DNA of 62,967 nt, counting the filler. It is 15 parts of 15 records of this genome, joined end to end, with 100 filler letters (N's around TTAATTAATTAA, not from the genome) between each part and the next. Parts side by side here need not be neighbours in the genome. Positions count along the whole stretch, not along the records: positions 1 to 3,539 come from SRR9670534_1393; positions 3,640 to 11,589 come from SRR9670534_1396; positions 11,690 to 17,793 come from SRR9670534_1402; 12 more parts are not named here. The stretch is one strand, 5' to 3'. Below are positions 1 to 12,596 of this stretch, piece by piece. Each line of letters opens with the position of its first letter. Positions within the stretch are counted from its first letter, which is position 1. The notes beneath the pieces were generated by a model. That model ran no database searches. It was not told the origin of the DNA and saw only the letters and a program-made list of their open reading frames with translations. A program made the position numbers and the translations under genes.

Positions 1-922
1 ATATTATTAATAATAATATTTATATTAATAATATATAGTCCTTATAAAGTTAGTATATTTGAAGTTGACTGTTTTATATAAGTATAAATTTTCCTTTTAC
101 ATTTACCTTTTGCAATTTCCTTTACATTTGCATGTATAGTTAGTTTTTTACAGTTACATCTACATTTACAGTGTTCTTGTAAAAAAGAAAACACTTTACA
201 GCATTGTAACAGTGCTGTGATTGTAATTGTAAACTTTACATTTAAAACTACAATTACAATGTCATGAGAAATTGGCCTTATTACAATATCTATTTTGTTG
301 TATACAATAGATCTATTATATATTAATTAATAAATAGATGTCGCTGTAATTAGTGCTTTCACTTGTGATAGCCGAGAATGGGAATGTTAGTACAGTCAAT
401 ATGATTATTAATAATAGTAATAATACTCTTACCATGCTATTATAAAAGGCCATAATAATAATAATAATAATAAAGAACATTCTTGGTATAGGCAAAATAT
501 CGATCGATACTACGTACGAACATTATCCATAGCGTTCTGCTGCACTGCTGCAGATACGTAATAAAAGGAAACCATGGAAACTGACCTACTGCTTGCTTGA
601 TTTATCGTAAGCTTGATAAATTACTTGACCTTGATACAGTTTTACGCATACAATGAGTCCGAAGTTCAGACATTTGTAGTGCATATATAACATCCATACA
701 GCTTGTGTTATGGCTTCAGTGCCTTGTTCCTTTCTCTTATTTTGTTGTTACTTGTACATAGGTACATGTTACTTATTATTAAGTACATTTTTTACCCATA
801 AATATGTACCTACCTTAACTACATACCAAGAAATGCCACTTTTATAAGATTGATAAATGTCTCAACACATTTTTTTTCTAGTCTCTTGATTCTCAATCAA
901 ATCAAAGGCAATTTATTTATCA

Positions 923-2929
923 ATGTTTCAAGTGCAATTTGAGAACGGTGATCGTACTTTACAGCAATCATTTGGCAATAATAATGATGGAGCTGAAGAG
1001 AAGCTGATTTTTACTGCTGCTGCTGATATGATACCAGAATATTCTGTTACAAGACCCCGATTCACAAAGCACAGATCATCAAAATTTGGCTCCAAAAGTG
1101 ACAAACCCGACAAATTATGTGGCATTTGTGGGGATAAAGCGTTGGGATATAATTTTGACGCAATATCATGTGAATCTTGTAAAGCATTTTTTAGACGAAA
1201 CGCCCTGCGTAAAAAGGTACCCATTTATTAGTTACCTATGTAGTAATATTTAGTGGGAGAAAAAAGCAACCCTTGTAAACCTATTATTATATTTCTCGTG
1301 TTTTTGCAGCCATTCCATTGTCCATATGAAGGAAAATGTAAAATTGACGTCCACACAAGAAGATTTTGTCAACATTGTCGATTAAGAAGGTGTTTCGAAA
1401 TTGGAATGCGAAAAGATTGGATTCTTTGTACGTGATTAGTAATCAATGATTACTCAACGACTAAATTTATCTGTTGTTTTAGCTGAACAAGAAAAGCATG
1501 AGAGAAAACGCAAAATTGAAGGCAACAGGCAAAAGAAATTGGTGCGTTTTGCCACCAGAAATGGTGACATGTACCGTGAAAGTGGTATCAAATCAATGAA
1601 TATTGACGACTTTTCAAATGACGTTGGTATGCACCAACATCGTCATAGCAGCACCAATAGTGAGAGTTCATCAGAACCATTTTCCATCCAAGATCACATT
1701 GTTGTTGAGGACATAGTTGAAGCCTACAACGAAACTCTTGAACCATGTAATGTAGAACAAGAAGAAGGATATGAAAATGGATCAAATTTGGGTCAAATGT
1801 GTGATCTTGTTGTCAAGTCGTTGATCAAATTCTCTCGAAGAGTTCCTGGATTTACTGACCTCACACAGGATGACCAAATTGCATTAATCAAAGGGGGAAC
1901 ATGTGAAATGATGATTTTAAGGTACAAAATAATTACAGGTTCCTCAGTGATAGGGAACATGTAACATGATTCATGTTGATTCAATTTGATTGAGTGTCTG
2001 AACCATAGTTCAGGTCAAAGTAAGGATTCTGAGGACATTTTACTGACGTCAGTGCATTATTAATAATGCTCTTTTACCATCAACCAATTAGGTAGATGAT
2101 CGAAGGTGAGAGAGATTCACCGTAGGGCTATAGTATAGGGGCCTGGTACATACAATAGTAGTAGCACTGGACAATGGTTAATAATAGAAGATGAAGATAA
2201 TAAGGCACATATTTTACGTCCGAACCTCTGTTACAGTTGTTTCAGTAACTGGGTTGAGGTTTGGTTCGGACCTGACTTATTAATTCAATCTTGTTTGATT
2301 TAATGAGCATAATCTTTATAATTATCATACACGTGTAATCCAAGATAATGAACACGTAAAATGAAACACGTGCAATACTTATTAATATAATTAAAAATTA
2401 ATGTGAATTATTCGCGGTGAATGATATTTCAATGATTCAAAAGAACTTAATGAAATTTATTTATAGATCAGCCATGATTAGCCATTTTTCAAAATCGAAC
2501 TGGAAGGATTGTAACGCAAATCAACAAGACTTCATTGAAAACTTGAATATGGGCATCAAAGACGAAGACAGAGTACCATACCTTATCCTGTTCTGCTTGG
2601 TTCTTTTTGCTTCAGATCGAGAAGGACTACAGGACAGATATGCAGTGGGGACGTTCCAAGAAACATACGCTGCAATTCTTCACCAATACCTGTTGGATAA
2701 TTATGGTTCAGAACACAGCAAGATCTTGTACCCTCGTCTCCTCTTGAAATTAACTCATCTCAGAAGTTTAAGTGAATATTGCATCAATGCTATCAATACT
2801 GATGGGTTACAAAATTCAGCTGATCTTTTAGCAGAAATCTTCGATGTCAGGTCGATGGCTGCCAAGAAGAGAGATTCAAAAAGTGTGGACAGTGAATGTT
2901 CCAGCAAAAGTAGCGAGCTATTTTTTTAG
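923..2929 (+). CDS. Nuclear hormone receptor, NR1J/NR1I group (HR96/DAF-12-like); exons 923-1216, 1310-1427, 1483-1921, 2467-2929
   Basis: C4 zinc fingers CGICGDKALGYNFDAISCESCKAFFRR (CESCKA P-box typical of NR1J) and CPYEGKC..RRFCQHCRLRRCFEIGM. LBD signature FSRRVPGFTDLTQDDQIALIKGG and AF-2 LLAEIF. GT-AG junctions restore the frame. Confidence 0.88.
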
Positions 2930-3539
2930 ATAGCGTTTTTTGTTTATTGCATATACAATGTACAGTGTACATTGTACACCTATCTCTTTCATTATCAACT
3001 TGGGAATTATTATTAATAACGATTCTTCACGTTTTAGAATAGTTTTCAATGTTCACATATTTTTGTTGTTGTTTTTTTATTATCTTTTTGTGGCTACATG
3101 CGTATTCGGAATAATTTTATTACTATTATTATTAATGAGCGACCAATTCCATGTTCTGGCTGGTTCAGTTATTCATTTTTATTACAATTACCTAATTATT
3201 AATGCACATAGGTATTTTTTATACATAATATTATTGTTGTTATCAATTTTTGTGGGATACACTGTTCAATGTTATTTATTGGTATAAAACAATTGTACCA
3301 TCATTATTGATGTTCTAAATCGATACAATTATATATAATATGACAATAAAGGTTAGGAACATGTAATATGACAAAACTTTTAATAATTATAGCTCTAGAG
3401 TCAGACCTTACATGTTAATAAAGGTATAATTTGATAGTTAAAAATTTTGAGGTAATTTCTTAAACGTTTCCTGCTAACTAGTATCTAAATTTGTTATCTA
3501 GTTATTATTAGTTTTTAGGTAATAATAAAAACATTTATT

Positions 3540-3639
3540 NNNNNNNNNNNNNNNNNNNNNNNNNNNNNNNNNNNNNNNNNNNNTTAATTAATTAANNNNN
3601 NNNNNNNNNNNNNNNNNNNNNNNNNNNNNNNNNNNNNNN
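3540..3639. other. Artificial contig-joining spacer N44-TTAATTAATTAA-N44 (first of 14)
   Basis: Identical 100-nt spacers with stops in all six frames at 3540-3639, 11590-11689, 17794-17893, 21904-22003, 25918-26017, 30489-30588, 34503-34602, 38816-38915, 44477-44576, 49593-49692, 51885-51984, 54408-54507, 57111-57210 and 60396-60495. Several genes are cut off at them. Confidence 0.97.
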
Positions 3640-3698
3640 ATCATGTACAGTAGTACTGTAACAGTACATGATGCACATAAATCTTTGCTATTTTAGAC

Positions 3699-5277
3699 CA
3701 GATTGTGGAAAGTGCATTTGAAATGTTCGAATTTGTCTCATTATATATTGTGCTCAACACTGCTGCTGCATTTGCATACATTTGGCAGTATTGAAAAGAT
3801 TGTTTTTGATAAGAAATTATGCAGTAAATTTGTGGATATATTTTGTCAATTGCCAGGACGAAGAGGACTTCAAGTCAAGTTATTGTCAACGCAATTGCTA
3901 GAAACCAGAAAGGACTCTTATACGAATACGTCGGTACTTGTTAGTGTGCCTACACTATAAACATTATACAGCATTGTACATTACAGCTTCACTGTATACA
4001 TATACCACTCTAAATTTTACAGTGGAAAAGTTATTCCCTAGTAGTACCAGGCTGGTACGTACCGTACGGTCCGTAACCTATGTACCAACGTAACTTACGG
4101 AGTGCATTCTTTATTACATATAATGATAAGACATTATGCAGTATTGTAACTTACGTCTGGTAATGTTACAGCGTTTCAGGATACAGTATAGGCTACATAC
4201 TAGGCCTAGTATGTAACATACTCGACCTAATATGTAACCTATACTGTATCCTGAAACGCTGGGTACTACCCAGTGGGTAGTATGTAGTACATACTATGTA
4301 CCCATGTACATACATAGTACATACTATGTATGTACCTATGTACTAATAGCTTGCCGTATGTATTTAGAGAGTGATTGTCGCGTTATTGACTTTGTCGAAG
4401 ACATTTACGAATATTGCAAAGAAAAAAACGTAGACATTATACTGTTCTTTGCTAAAGGATGCCCCGATGACATTAGAGATCATCTCCTTGCCACGTATGA
4501 AGATAAAGTGTTTATTTGTGAGGAATTATTATCTTTTGAAATGACAGTAGCTAATTGTTTACAAATATGCTACAGTACCTGTTCAAATTTTATAAACTTG
4601 GATGTAAGCACCATGATTACGATGGGTAGCATAATTTGTGACCTGAGAAATGACGATGACTCACATTTTTTTACCGACAAGTTATTAAATCAGCAACTTC
4701 AAGAAGAAAAAGCGCGTGCTGTACCATCATTAGAGCATATCGAAAAATTGATTTTTACAAAAACCTTATGTTGTTGTAAAACTGCAATGGATCATTTTCG
4801 TGAAATAACCAGCCTCGTCGCTGGAGAACAAGAAAAAGCTAAGGTTGAAACATTTCTGAAAGATATTGTTGTTTATGACGACGAAGAAGATTATAAATCT
4901 ATATTTAAAGATATTTGCATTAGTGGTAAGATGAGCGATCGCAATTTGGTATGTAGTATTTTTTTGTAGGTATTTATCATACACAAGGGAGAATTCTCCT
5001 TTGTCTATGGTATTTATCATAAATTGTGTGTTATGATAAATGTGAAATTTTTATCGTTAATTGTTTTAGAGAATTTTTGGCTTTGGTGTTATTCGTGAAA
5101 TGCCAACAATAAGTGCTAATGCCAGTTTTGTGCGGGCTTGTTCTTCTCAGGTTTTGCTTAGTCTTCTCCTTTTTTATATGCTTTATTTGTATACAGAATA
5201 ACTCTTTTTAGGGATTGGAACTTAGTGTTCATTTGCATACTGGTTTGGCTTTTGGTGAACAAAAATTACTGTATTGA
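3699..5277 (+). CDS. UPF0415/C7orf25 (DUF1308) homolog, 5'-truncated; exons approx. 3699-3931, 4369-4949, 5070-5150, 5212-5277
   Basis: Motifs HLKCSNLSH, INLDVSTMIT, LLNQQLQEEK, AMDHFREITSLVAGEQEK, IFGFG..PTISANASFVRACSSQGLELSVHLH match remembered C7orf25 blocks (INLDITTLIT, TMTANSGFVRAANNQG..SVFIH). Confidence 0.75.
4169..4261. repeat. Short fold-back element (24-bp perfect inverted repeat), intronic
   Basis: CAGCGTTTCAGGATACAGTATAGG ... CCTATACTGTATCCTGAAACGCTG. Confidence 0.8.
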
Positions 5278-5580
5278 AGTTAATAATAGATTCAATTCAA
5301 TAAATTGTTATTGACAACTTGTCAACTTGTAAAATAGAGTAGTTGCAAAATATAATTTTTCCTTTGAAATTGTTTATGAATTGTTATTGTAATGAAATAC
5401 CTTGTACTATAGTATTTACTTTATTACTCAAATTGACAATGCTTACATGCATTTGTTAGTAATTTTTATTATTACTATAAATAAGCTGTTGTCTTAATAT
5501 TTATTATTATTAATAACTAATAATCATGTCTGTTTATCTTTCCAAGAACAAATTCTTTCTGATAATAAACAGTTTTGAAG

Positions 5581-8500
5581 ATGACATCACCCGGATTAAT
5601 TGTTTCTGGAGAAGAAAGTGAACTGTTGACAATAAAGCCTTTAGGTGCGGGTCAAGAAGTTGGTAGATCATGTATTATGTTAAAATATAAGGGAAAAAAG
5701 ATAATGCTGGATTGTGGTATTCACCCAGGTTTGAATGGTATGGAGTCTCTACCATATTTTGATCTGGAGCAAGCAGAAGAAATAGATCTGTTACTTGTGA
5801 CGCATTTTCATCTTGATCATTGTGGAGCAGTTCCATATTTTCTTCAGAAGACAACCTTCAAAGGTAGATGTTTCATGACGCATGCTACCAAAGCTATCTA
5901 TAAATGGCTTCTATCCGATTATATTAAAGTTAGCAATATTTCCACTGACCACATGCTTTACACCGAGGATGATTTGGATAAGAGCATGTCAAGAATTGAA
6001 ACTGTGCATTTTCATCAAGAAATGCAAGTAAATGGCATCAAATTTTGGGCTTATAATGCTGGACATTTGCTTGGAGCTGCGATGTTTATGATAGAAATTG
6101 CTGGTGTGAAGATTTTATACACAGGTGATTTTTCAAGAGAAGAGGACCGTCATTTGATGGCTGCGGAAGTTCCGAACATCAGACCTCATGTTGCCATTAT
6201 TGAGTCCACGTATGGTACGCACATTCATGAACCAAGAGTGGAAAGGGAGGCTCGCTTTACGGGTAAAATAAGTGATATTATACACAGAGGTGGCCGATGC
6301 TTGATTCCTGTTTTTGCCTTGGGAAGAGCGCAAGAGTTGCTGCTTATCTTAGGTAAGTTTATAAAACTTATAAAATTATATAATTTTAAAATTATAAAAT
6401 ATAATTTATAAAATTTTATTAAAATTTGAAATTTATAAATTAAAATTTAAAATTTATACATTAAAATTTATAAAATTTAAAATTTATAAAATTATAAAAT
6501 TTTAAAATTATAAAATTATAAAATTTTCATTTGATAATTTAATATAGTGTATTATTAAAAGTTCATTTGAAATGTATATTGTGTAATTGCAGTTAGTGAT
6601 TAACGTTTTATTAATATATGGATATATGATAATATTTTTAGATGAATATTGGGAAAATCACCCTGAACTGCAGAATTTTCCTGTTTACTACGCATCATCT
6701 TTGGCTAAAAAGTGTATATCAGTTTACCAGACATACATCAATGCTATGAATGAAAAGATTAGGGAACAAATTGCAGTTTCAAATCCCTTCATTTTCAAAC
6801 ACATTTCTAATTTGAGAGGCATTGATCAGTTTGATGACACAGGTCCTTCAGTTATATTGGCTTCACCTGGAATGATGCAAAGTGGTCTTTCTAGAGAGTT
6901 GTTTGAGACTTGGTGTACAGACAAAAAGAATGGCGTAATTATTGCTGGATACTGCGTTGAAGGCACCCTTGCTAATGTATGTTTTTTTATATTGTTTACT
7001 GTATTTTAAACTTGTTGACTTTTTAGCATATCCTTAAATCACCAAAAGAAATCGTCACCATGTCAGGTCAGAAGTTACCACTTCTTTGTTCGGTTGATTA
7101 CATTTCCTTCTCTGCTCATACTGACTATAAGCAAACAAGTGAATTTATTCGACTACTCAAACCACCACATTTGCTACTTGTTCATGGTGGTGTTCATGAA
7201 ATGACTCAGTTGAAAAGTGCCATACTCAGAGAGTATGAAGATGATGCTGACTTTAAGGTTGGCTATCTAGTTTGTTGTTTTGCTGATTATTGCAAATGCA
7301 AGGATATGTTCGCAAGCGGCATCTTTTGGCACCTTGTAAAAGGAAATTGAGCTATAAATCTTTACAAAAGATGTCGCCTTTAATGTTGCCATAGATATGT
7401 AAGGGATTGATAGTGTCTAATAATTTGACATACTCGGCTATTATACATACTATATAACAGTAATGATATAGTAAAAGGGCATGCAGACTTGCTTGGGGAG
7501 AACAGAAGCATGCTTGCATAAAACATGCCATATCCTAAACATGTTTTTTGATCAGCTTTCTGTTAAAATGTTAGTAAAGGTCAGATAGATACATGATTTC
7601 AAATCATTGATTTGAAATAAAAATAACCTCAGTATAGAAGTTTATGACCTTTGGAAAGCAGATCATAGCTTTGGTTGTAACTATAATATGTTTGAAGAAT
7701 GGTGTCTTTTTAAATTATCGATATGAGTCATTGACACAAATGTGAGGTCAATTTTCATATATTGTACATCTGGCTTTTGTTATCACTTTGAAGTAAAAAT
7801 GATCAAAAACATGGTATTGATGAAATGTTATGGCATATTTTATGCGATTGCTCTTGCAAGCCAATTCAACCACTTAACGCCCACGCACTTTTTATTCTCC
7901 CTCAGTGCATGCAAAGCAGGTCTGGTGTGTCCGTTAAAATTTTATGAATTTTTCTGTATCATCTAAATGTGGTCTATGACTACTAGTCTATATTCCAATA
8001 TCACTAAAGTTATTATAATTTAGATTGAAGTTTACACTCCAAAGAATACTCAAGCCGTCCAGTTAAACTTCAGAGGAGAGAAGAGTGGAAAGGTATATTT
8101 TTGCCCAAGTTATTTACTCTTTAATAATTTTGATTTTTTTATAGGTCGTAGGCAGTTTAGCCAGTAAAAAACCAATCAATAATGACTTGATTTCTGGGGT
8201 GATAGTTAAAAGGAATTTTGCATACCATGTGATGTCAGCTGACGACTTACCAAACTTTACAAACCTTTCTGTGAGCACATTAACTCAGCGACAATCCCTA
8301 AACTTTAAAGGAGGCTCTTTGAGACAGCTGCAATTTTATCTGAATCAGCTTGCGGGCTCACTTGAAGTCATTGAGGATCCAGAGAAGCCCACTTTTAAGG
8401 TTTTTGAGCAGATTCTGGTTTCTTATGTGGAAAGCCAAGAAATGATTGTTCTAGAATGGTCTTCTTCTCCAGTGAATGACATGCTAGCAGATAGTATTGT

Positions 8501-8840
8501 TTGCACCATGTTATGCCTACTGCAAGAAGATGGCGCCAAAGGAGAATCAGAAGAAGAATTTCCAGAAACCATTCCTCAAGGCCAGGAAACATTTGTCGAT
8601 AGCTTAAAGACTGTACTGGTCGATATGTTTGGATCTGATTCATGTATTGAGGAGAGTGAAGATTTTACCAAGTTTCTTGTAAAACTACATGATAGAAAAG
8701 CAGAAATTGACTTAGAAACGCTAGAAGTTCATTGTGATGATAAAGAGTCACATATGAAGCAGATAATAACAACTGCAGTAAAAAAGTTACATGATTCGTT
8801 AATGCCTGTAACTAATAAAAAATTTCCCTTTTGGTCCTAG
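5581..8840 (+). CDS. CPSF3: Cleavage and polyadenylation specificity factor subunit 3 (CPSF73); exons 5581-6352, 6642-6976, 7027-7257, 8024-8092, 8145-8840
   Basis: [22 protein letters not shown] metallo-beta-lactamase motif, [42 protein letters not shown]-terminal [15 protein letters not shown]. All splice junctions are in frame. Confidence 0.97.
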
Positions 8841-8941
8841 GATTTTATAAAATACTGTTATGAAATCTTTTTATTAATAATAAATTATTATTATTAACAA
8901 TAATGTTGAGAATTAAGTTTCTTTTAGAGAAACACTTCAAA

Positions 8942-10706
8942 ATGGATGCTTTAATGGAACAAGTTCCCATAGATGAACTGTTTTTTATTCTTAAAGATGC
9001 CATAGTTTATGGTACCATATTGGTGTATAAATATATAACAACTGTTTGGCTTTTTTCCATAATTTTTGTACTGATTTTGCTGCTACTTTTGCTGAAATAT
9101 TACAAAAAACGAAGTAAGATGCAAATACAAGTAAAATATACATAGGAACATGTATGTAAAATTACATAAGTATATGACTAATGCACTTAATTATTATATA
9201 TTATTCATTGAAGGAAGTTAGTTTTCAGGAAGAGCAGCAGGACTTCAAGTTTCAAATGACGCCCCACAAAAGCCTAAGAAATATCGTTTTCGAAAAAGGG
9301 ACAGAGTCAGGTTTTATGGTAACAAAATGCTCAGAAAAGTAAAGGAGCTTCCTGATAAGGTCAAGTCAACTGGTCAAAGGGAATTTCTTAATCGTAAGCA
9401 TGATGTCAAGGTTATGCTTAGAAAAGTTCTTGGAAAAAGAAGGCCTGTACCTTCTTCGATACTCATGCCAAGGGATAAGCCTATGCTTTTTTATGAAGTT
9501 GATGATGACGCTGAGTACGCAGAATTCAAAAATTTTCCTCCAGAAGTGGCATATATGTTTAAAAGTTTTCGGGTATTGGGTCATTTTGAAAAGCCGGTGT
9601 TTGGTGAATTAATTAAGCATATCACAGAAGTGGAACTAAAACCTGGAGAAATCCTCTTCGGTGTCGAAAGACCAGATGATGGACTGTATGTGGTTCAATC
9701 TGGTTTTGTCGTTTTATACCTGGATAAGGAACCCATAAAAAAACTAAAGGAAGGAGATTATGTCCATAGCTTTTTGACTATTGCTGAGTACATGTATGAT
9801 GGTATGGTAAGCAACTTACAAATTCAGCATTAACAATATAAATAGCAAGCAATTTTAATTATATTTTTAAATGTACAGAAGATTTTGATATTTCATTTTT
9901 TTACAGACACTCTCAGAAGACAATCCTCAAATGTCCACAGCTTTGTTGCATCGTGGAATGATAGCCAGAGCTGCGCAGCATTCAACAGTTTTACATTTGC
10001 CATCAAAAGCCTTTCAAATTGTGATGAATCGTTACCCAGACTCTCTAGTCAGATTTATACAAATGATTGTAGTCCGTTTGCAAAGAATATCATTTTTGTC
10101 TTTAACTCATTACTTTGGTTTGAATGAAGAATTGATTAATAAGGTATTATCTCTATATGCGAAAATTTAGACGTTGTTTAATATTTAAGGATTTATGAAT
10201 TTAGTACCATCATAATTATGAAGTTTACCCAAATATGGAAGTTTTCTCATCTGAATCTGGTGCGAACAGATGTTCTTCTCCCAATGATTCTGGGTTTTCG
10301 CTGTACAGAAGTGATTCAATTTCAAGCTTTAAAGATGCCATGGAAAATCTCATTGATGATGATGAAGTTTTCGCATCTGCTGTAGAAAGACATCCTTCAA
10401 TCCAGACGGATTTTGATGCTGCCATGATTAGAGCAAGAGCATTTGAAGAGGCTAAAAATGAACTATTATTCGACCTACAAGACAACTTGAGTAATATTTC
10501 GGCAGAAACCAAGGAAAAAATTATGACAAATTTCCAAATACTGATGGGCGTGAAAAACAGATCGCTGCTAAAAGACATATTTGTTGTTAAAAGTATCGCA
10601 GATGGAAGATTTCTGCAAAGACAAAGTGCAGAAGAATCTCATTTGATCTTACTTTTATGCGGTAAATTGGAGGCATATCGAACTAAAGCTGGATCTGACG
10701 AAACGG
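8942..10706 (+). CDS. PNPLA6: Neuropathy target esterase / swiss cheese (PNPLA6/7), 5' part; exons approx. 8942-9113, 9214-9806, 9907-10143, 10205-10706
   Basis: N-terminal TM helix, YRFRKRDRVRFYGNKMLRKV, PPEVAYMFKSFRVLGHFEKPVF, cNMP-binding domain, YPDSLVRFIQMIVVRLQRISFLSLTHYFGLNEEL. The patatin domain is not reached before the contig end. Confidence 0.88.
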
Positions 10707-10809
10707 TTTGTATCATCAATTTTTTCTTGTAAATAGCGATTAATAATAAAAGAGCGTTTTTTCAATCTTTCGATAACAGGCGTTTTATGCATAATGCAGA
10801 CAAAATGTA

Positions 10810-11589
10810 ATGCTTTTATCAGGGTTAACAACAATGCCCATATTCACAATACTAACAGCGTTTTCCGTAACTAACAAGATATTTTCTTTTCTTAAAAACA
10901 ACGCCTTCATGGAAAATTTTGTTAAAGTCATTAAAGATTTTCGTGCTGAAATCGCCGGTGCTTCTCCCCCCAGAGAATTGAGTGCAGGAATTGGACATTT
11001 GTCTAAAGAGATAACAAATTACATTGAAGTTGTATATAAAAGTTTGGCAGAGGAGAAACAAAGCCTTGACGATGAGCTGGAGCAAACTGCAAGGGATCTA
11101 GAAAAGGTTACTACCGCCTTGGAAAGTGAAAATGAAAAATACGAAAAGTTGAAGAAGGAAGCTGAAAGTGCTGAAAAAGCCCATGAAGAACACGAAAGGA
11201 TGGTTACCCAATGTAAAGAGATGCTTGCTGAATGTTATGAAGCACTAAGGCAGAAGATTGAAAGACTCACGGACGAGGAAAATTTCAACAAACACCAAGT
11301 TGGCAAATTACTCAAAGTCATCCATAAATACAAGAAGGAGAGAGATGGTGGTGCCAAAGCTGAACAAGAAATGCCCATTGTTAATAAGGGTTCCGTTGAT
11401 GCGCAGAGTCAACCGAAATATGTATCCATCGTTAAATCCTCTGCAAATGCTGATGTGAAGCCTGAAAGAGAACAAGGCAACAAGAAAGATGTGTCTAAAA
11501 AAAGCAAGAATCTTGAGCTTTTGGTCAAGGGAGGCGATTTATATGAGCAAAGTTTGGACGAGTTGTCGAAAAATGTTGCAATTATACAA
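10810..11589 (+). mobile_element. Intronless coiled-coil ORF unrelated to NTE; possible ORF1 of a non-LTR retrotransposon inside an NTE intron (3'-truncated)
   Basis: Open frame of about 260 codons follows an NTE splice donor. Long heptad region, then PKYVSIVKS and LELLVKG, reminiscent of LINE ORF1 layout. No RT is visible before the contig end. Confidence 0.4.
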
Positions 11590-12057
11590 NNNNNNNNNNN
11601 NNNNNNNNNNNNNNNNNNNNNNNNNNNNNNNNNTTAATTAATTAANNNNNNNNNNNNNNNNNNNNNNNNNNNNNNNNNNNNNNNNNNNNTGTACTGTACG
11701 TTATATGTACCTATGTACTACGGTACTTCGAGTATTTTGCAGTACCACGAGAACGATAAGTCATCGTCGATGACGTCATCATTTAGCATTTTTAGAGTTA
11801 CATAATCGGTAACTTACTTATTACTATATAGATGTCGTTATGGATAATCTAGTACGTACATACTGTACTCGACGTATTTTACGTTACAACGCATACTTTA
11901 GGCATTTACAGTACGATGAGTCATCATCGGTGACGTCATCATTTAACATTTTTAGAGTTATGACGGAGCGTTTGCTCAAGAACCATTTGCAGAAGGCCAT
12001 GGTACATTTTTATTAAATACTTTTTAAGTACTACTTTGTATGTATTACGTAATTTAG

Positions 12058-12561
12058 GTGCGTCCACGTATTGCGCAATTGCCTCCCTAAAGCTAATGAA
12101 CCTCTTGGATAAATTTAAACTAGAAAATCCACTCAAATATGATCGACTGGTGGAATGGTGTCTAAATCGACTGCTTCCAAAGGGCGGATTTAATGGACGA
12201 CCAAATAAAGATCAAGACACGTGTTACACCTTTTGGGTGGGGGCGACGCTAAAGGTTATTAAAGACTTTTTAATAATTTCTTTTACCGATGATGTAATAA
12301 AGTCTTTCATTTTAGATACTAAACGTAGAACATATGGTTGATCCAACGTATTTGAAAGAATTTGTCCTCTCCTGTCAAAATCCGATGATTGGGGGAATTT
12401 GTAAGGATAGAGACGCTGATCCTGATCCAGTACATGCATATTTGGGACTTGCAGGGTTAACCTTTTTCTTAACCGAGGAAGAAAAGTCACAGCTTGGGAT
12501 TAAAGAACTTGAACCTTGTCTTAATATTTCTATGGATTCTGTTGACTTATTAAGGTCATGA
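12058..12561 (+). CDS. PGGT1B: Geranylgeranyl transferase type I beta subunit, last two exons 12058-12254 and 12316-12561
   Basis: GASTYCAIASLKLM, GGFNGRPNKDQDTCYTFWVGATLK, DPDPVHAYLGLAGL, EPCLNIS. Confidence 0.9.
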
Positions 12562-12596
12562 AATAGGTATTACTTAATAATGCTTGCCAACGCAGA

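Noticed and set aside
2940-3287. Hydrophobic 115-aa ORF after the nuclear receptor
   Set aside because: T-rich 3' UTR translation with a TTG start and no motif.
7470-7935. Possible inverted-repeat element in the long CPSF3 intron
   Set aside because: Only patchy arm similarity; termini could not be defined by eye.
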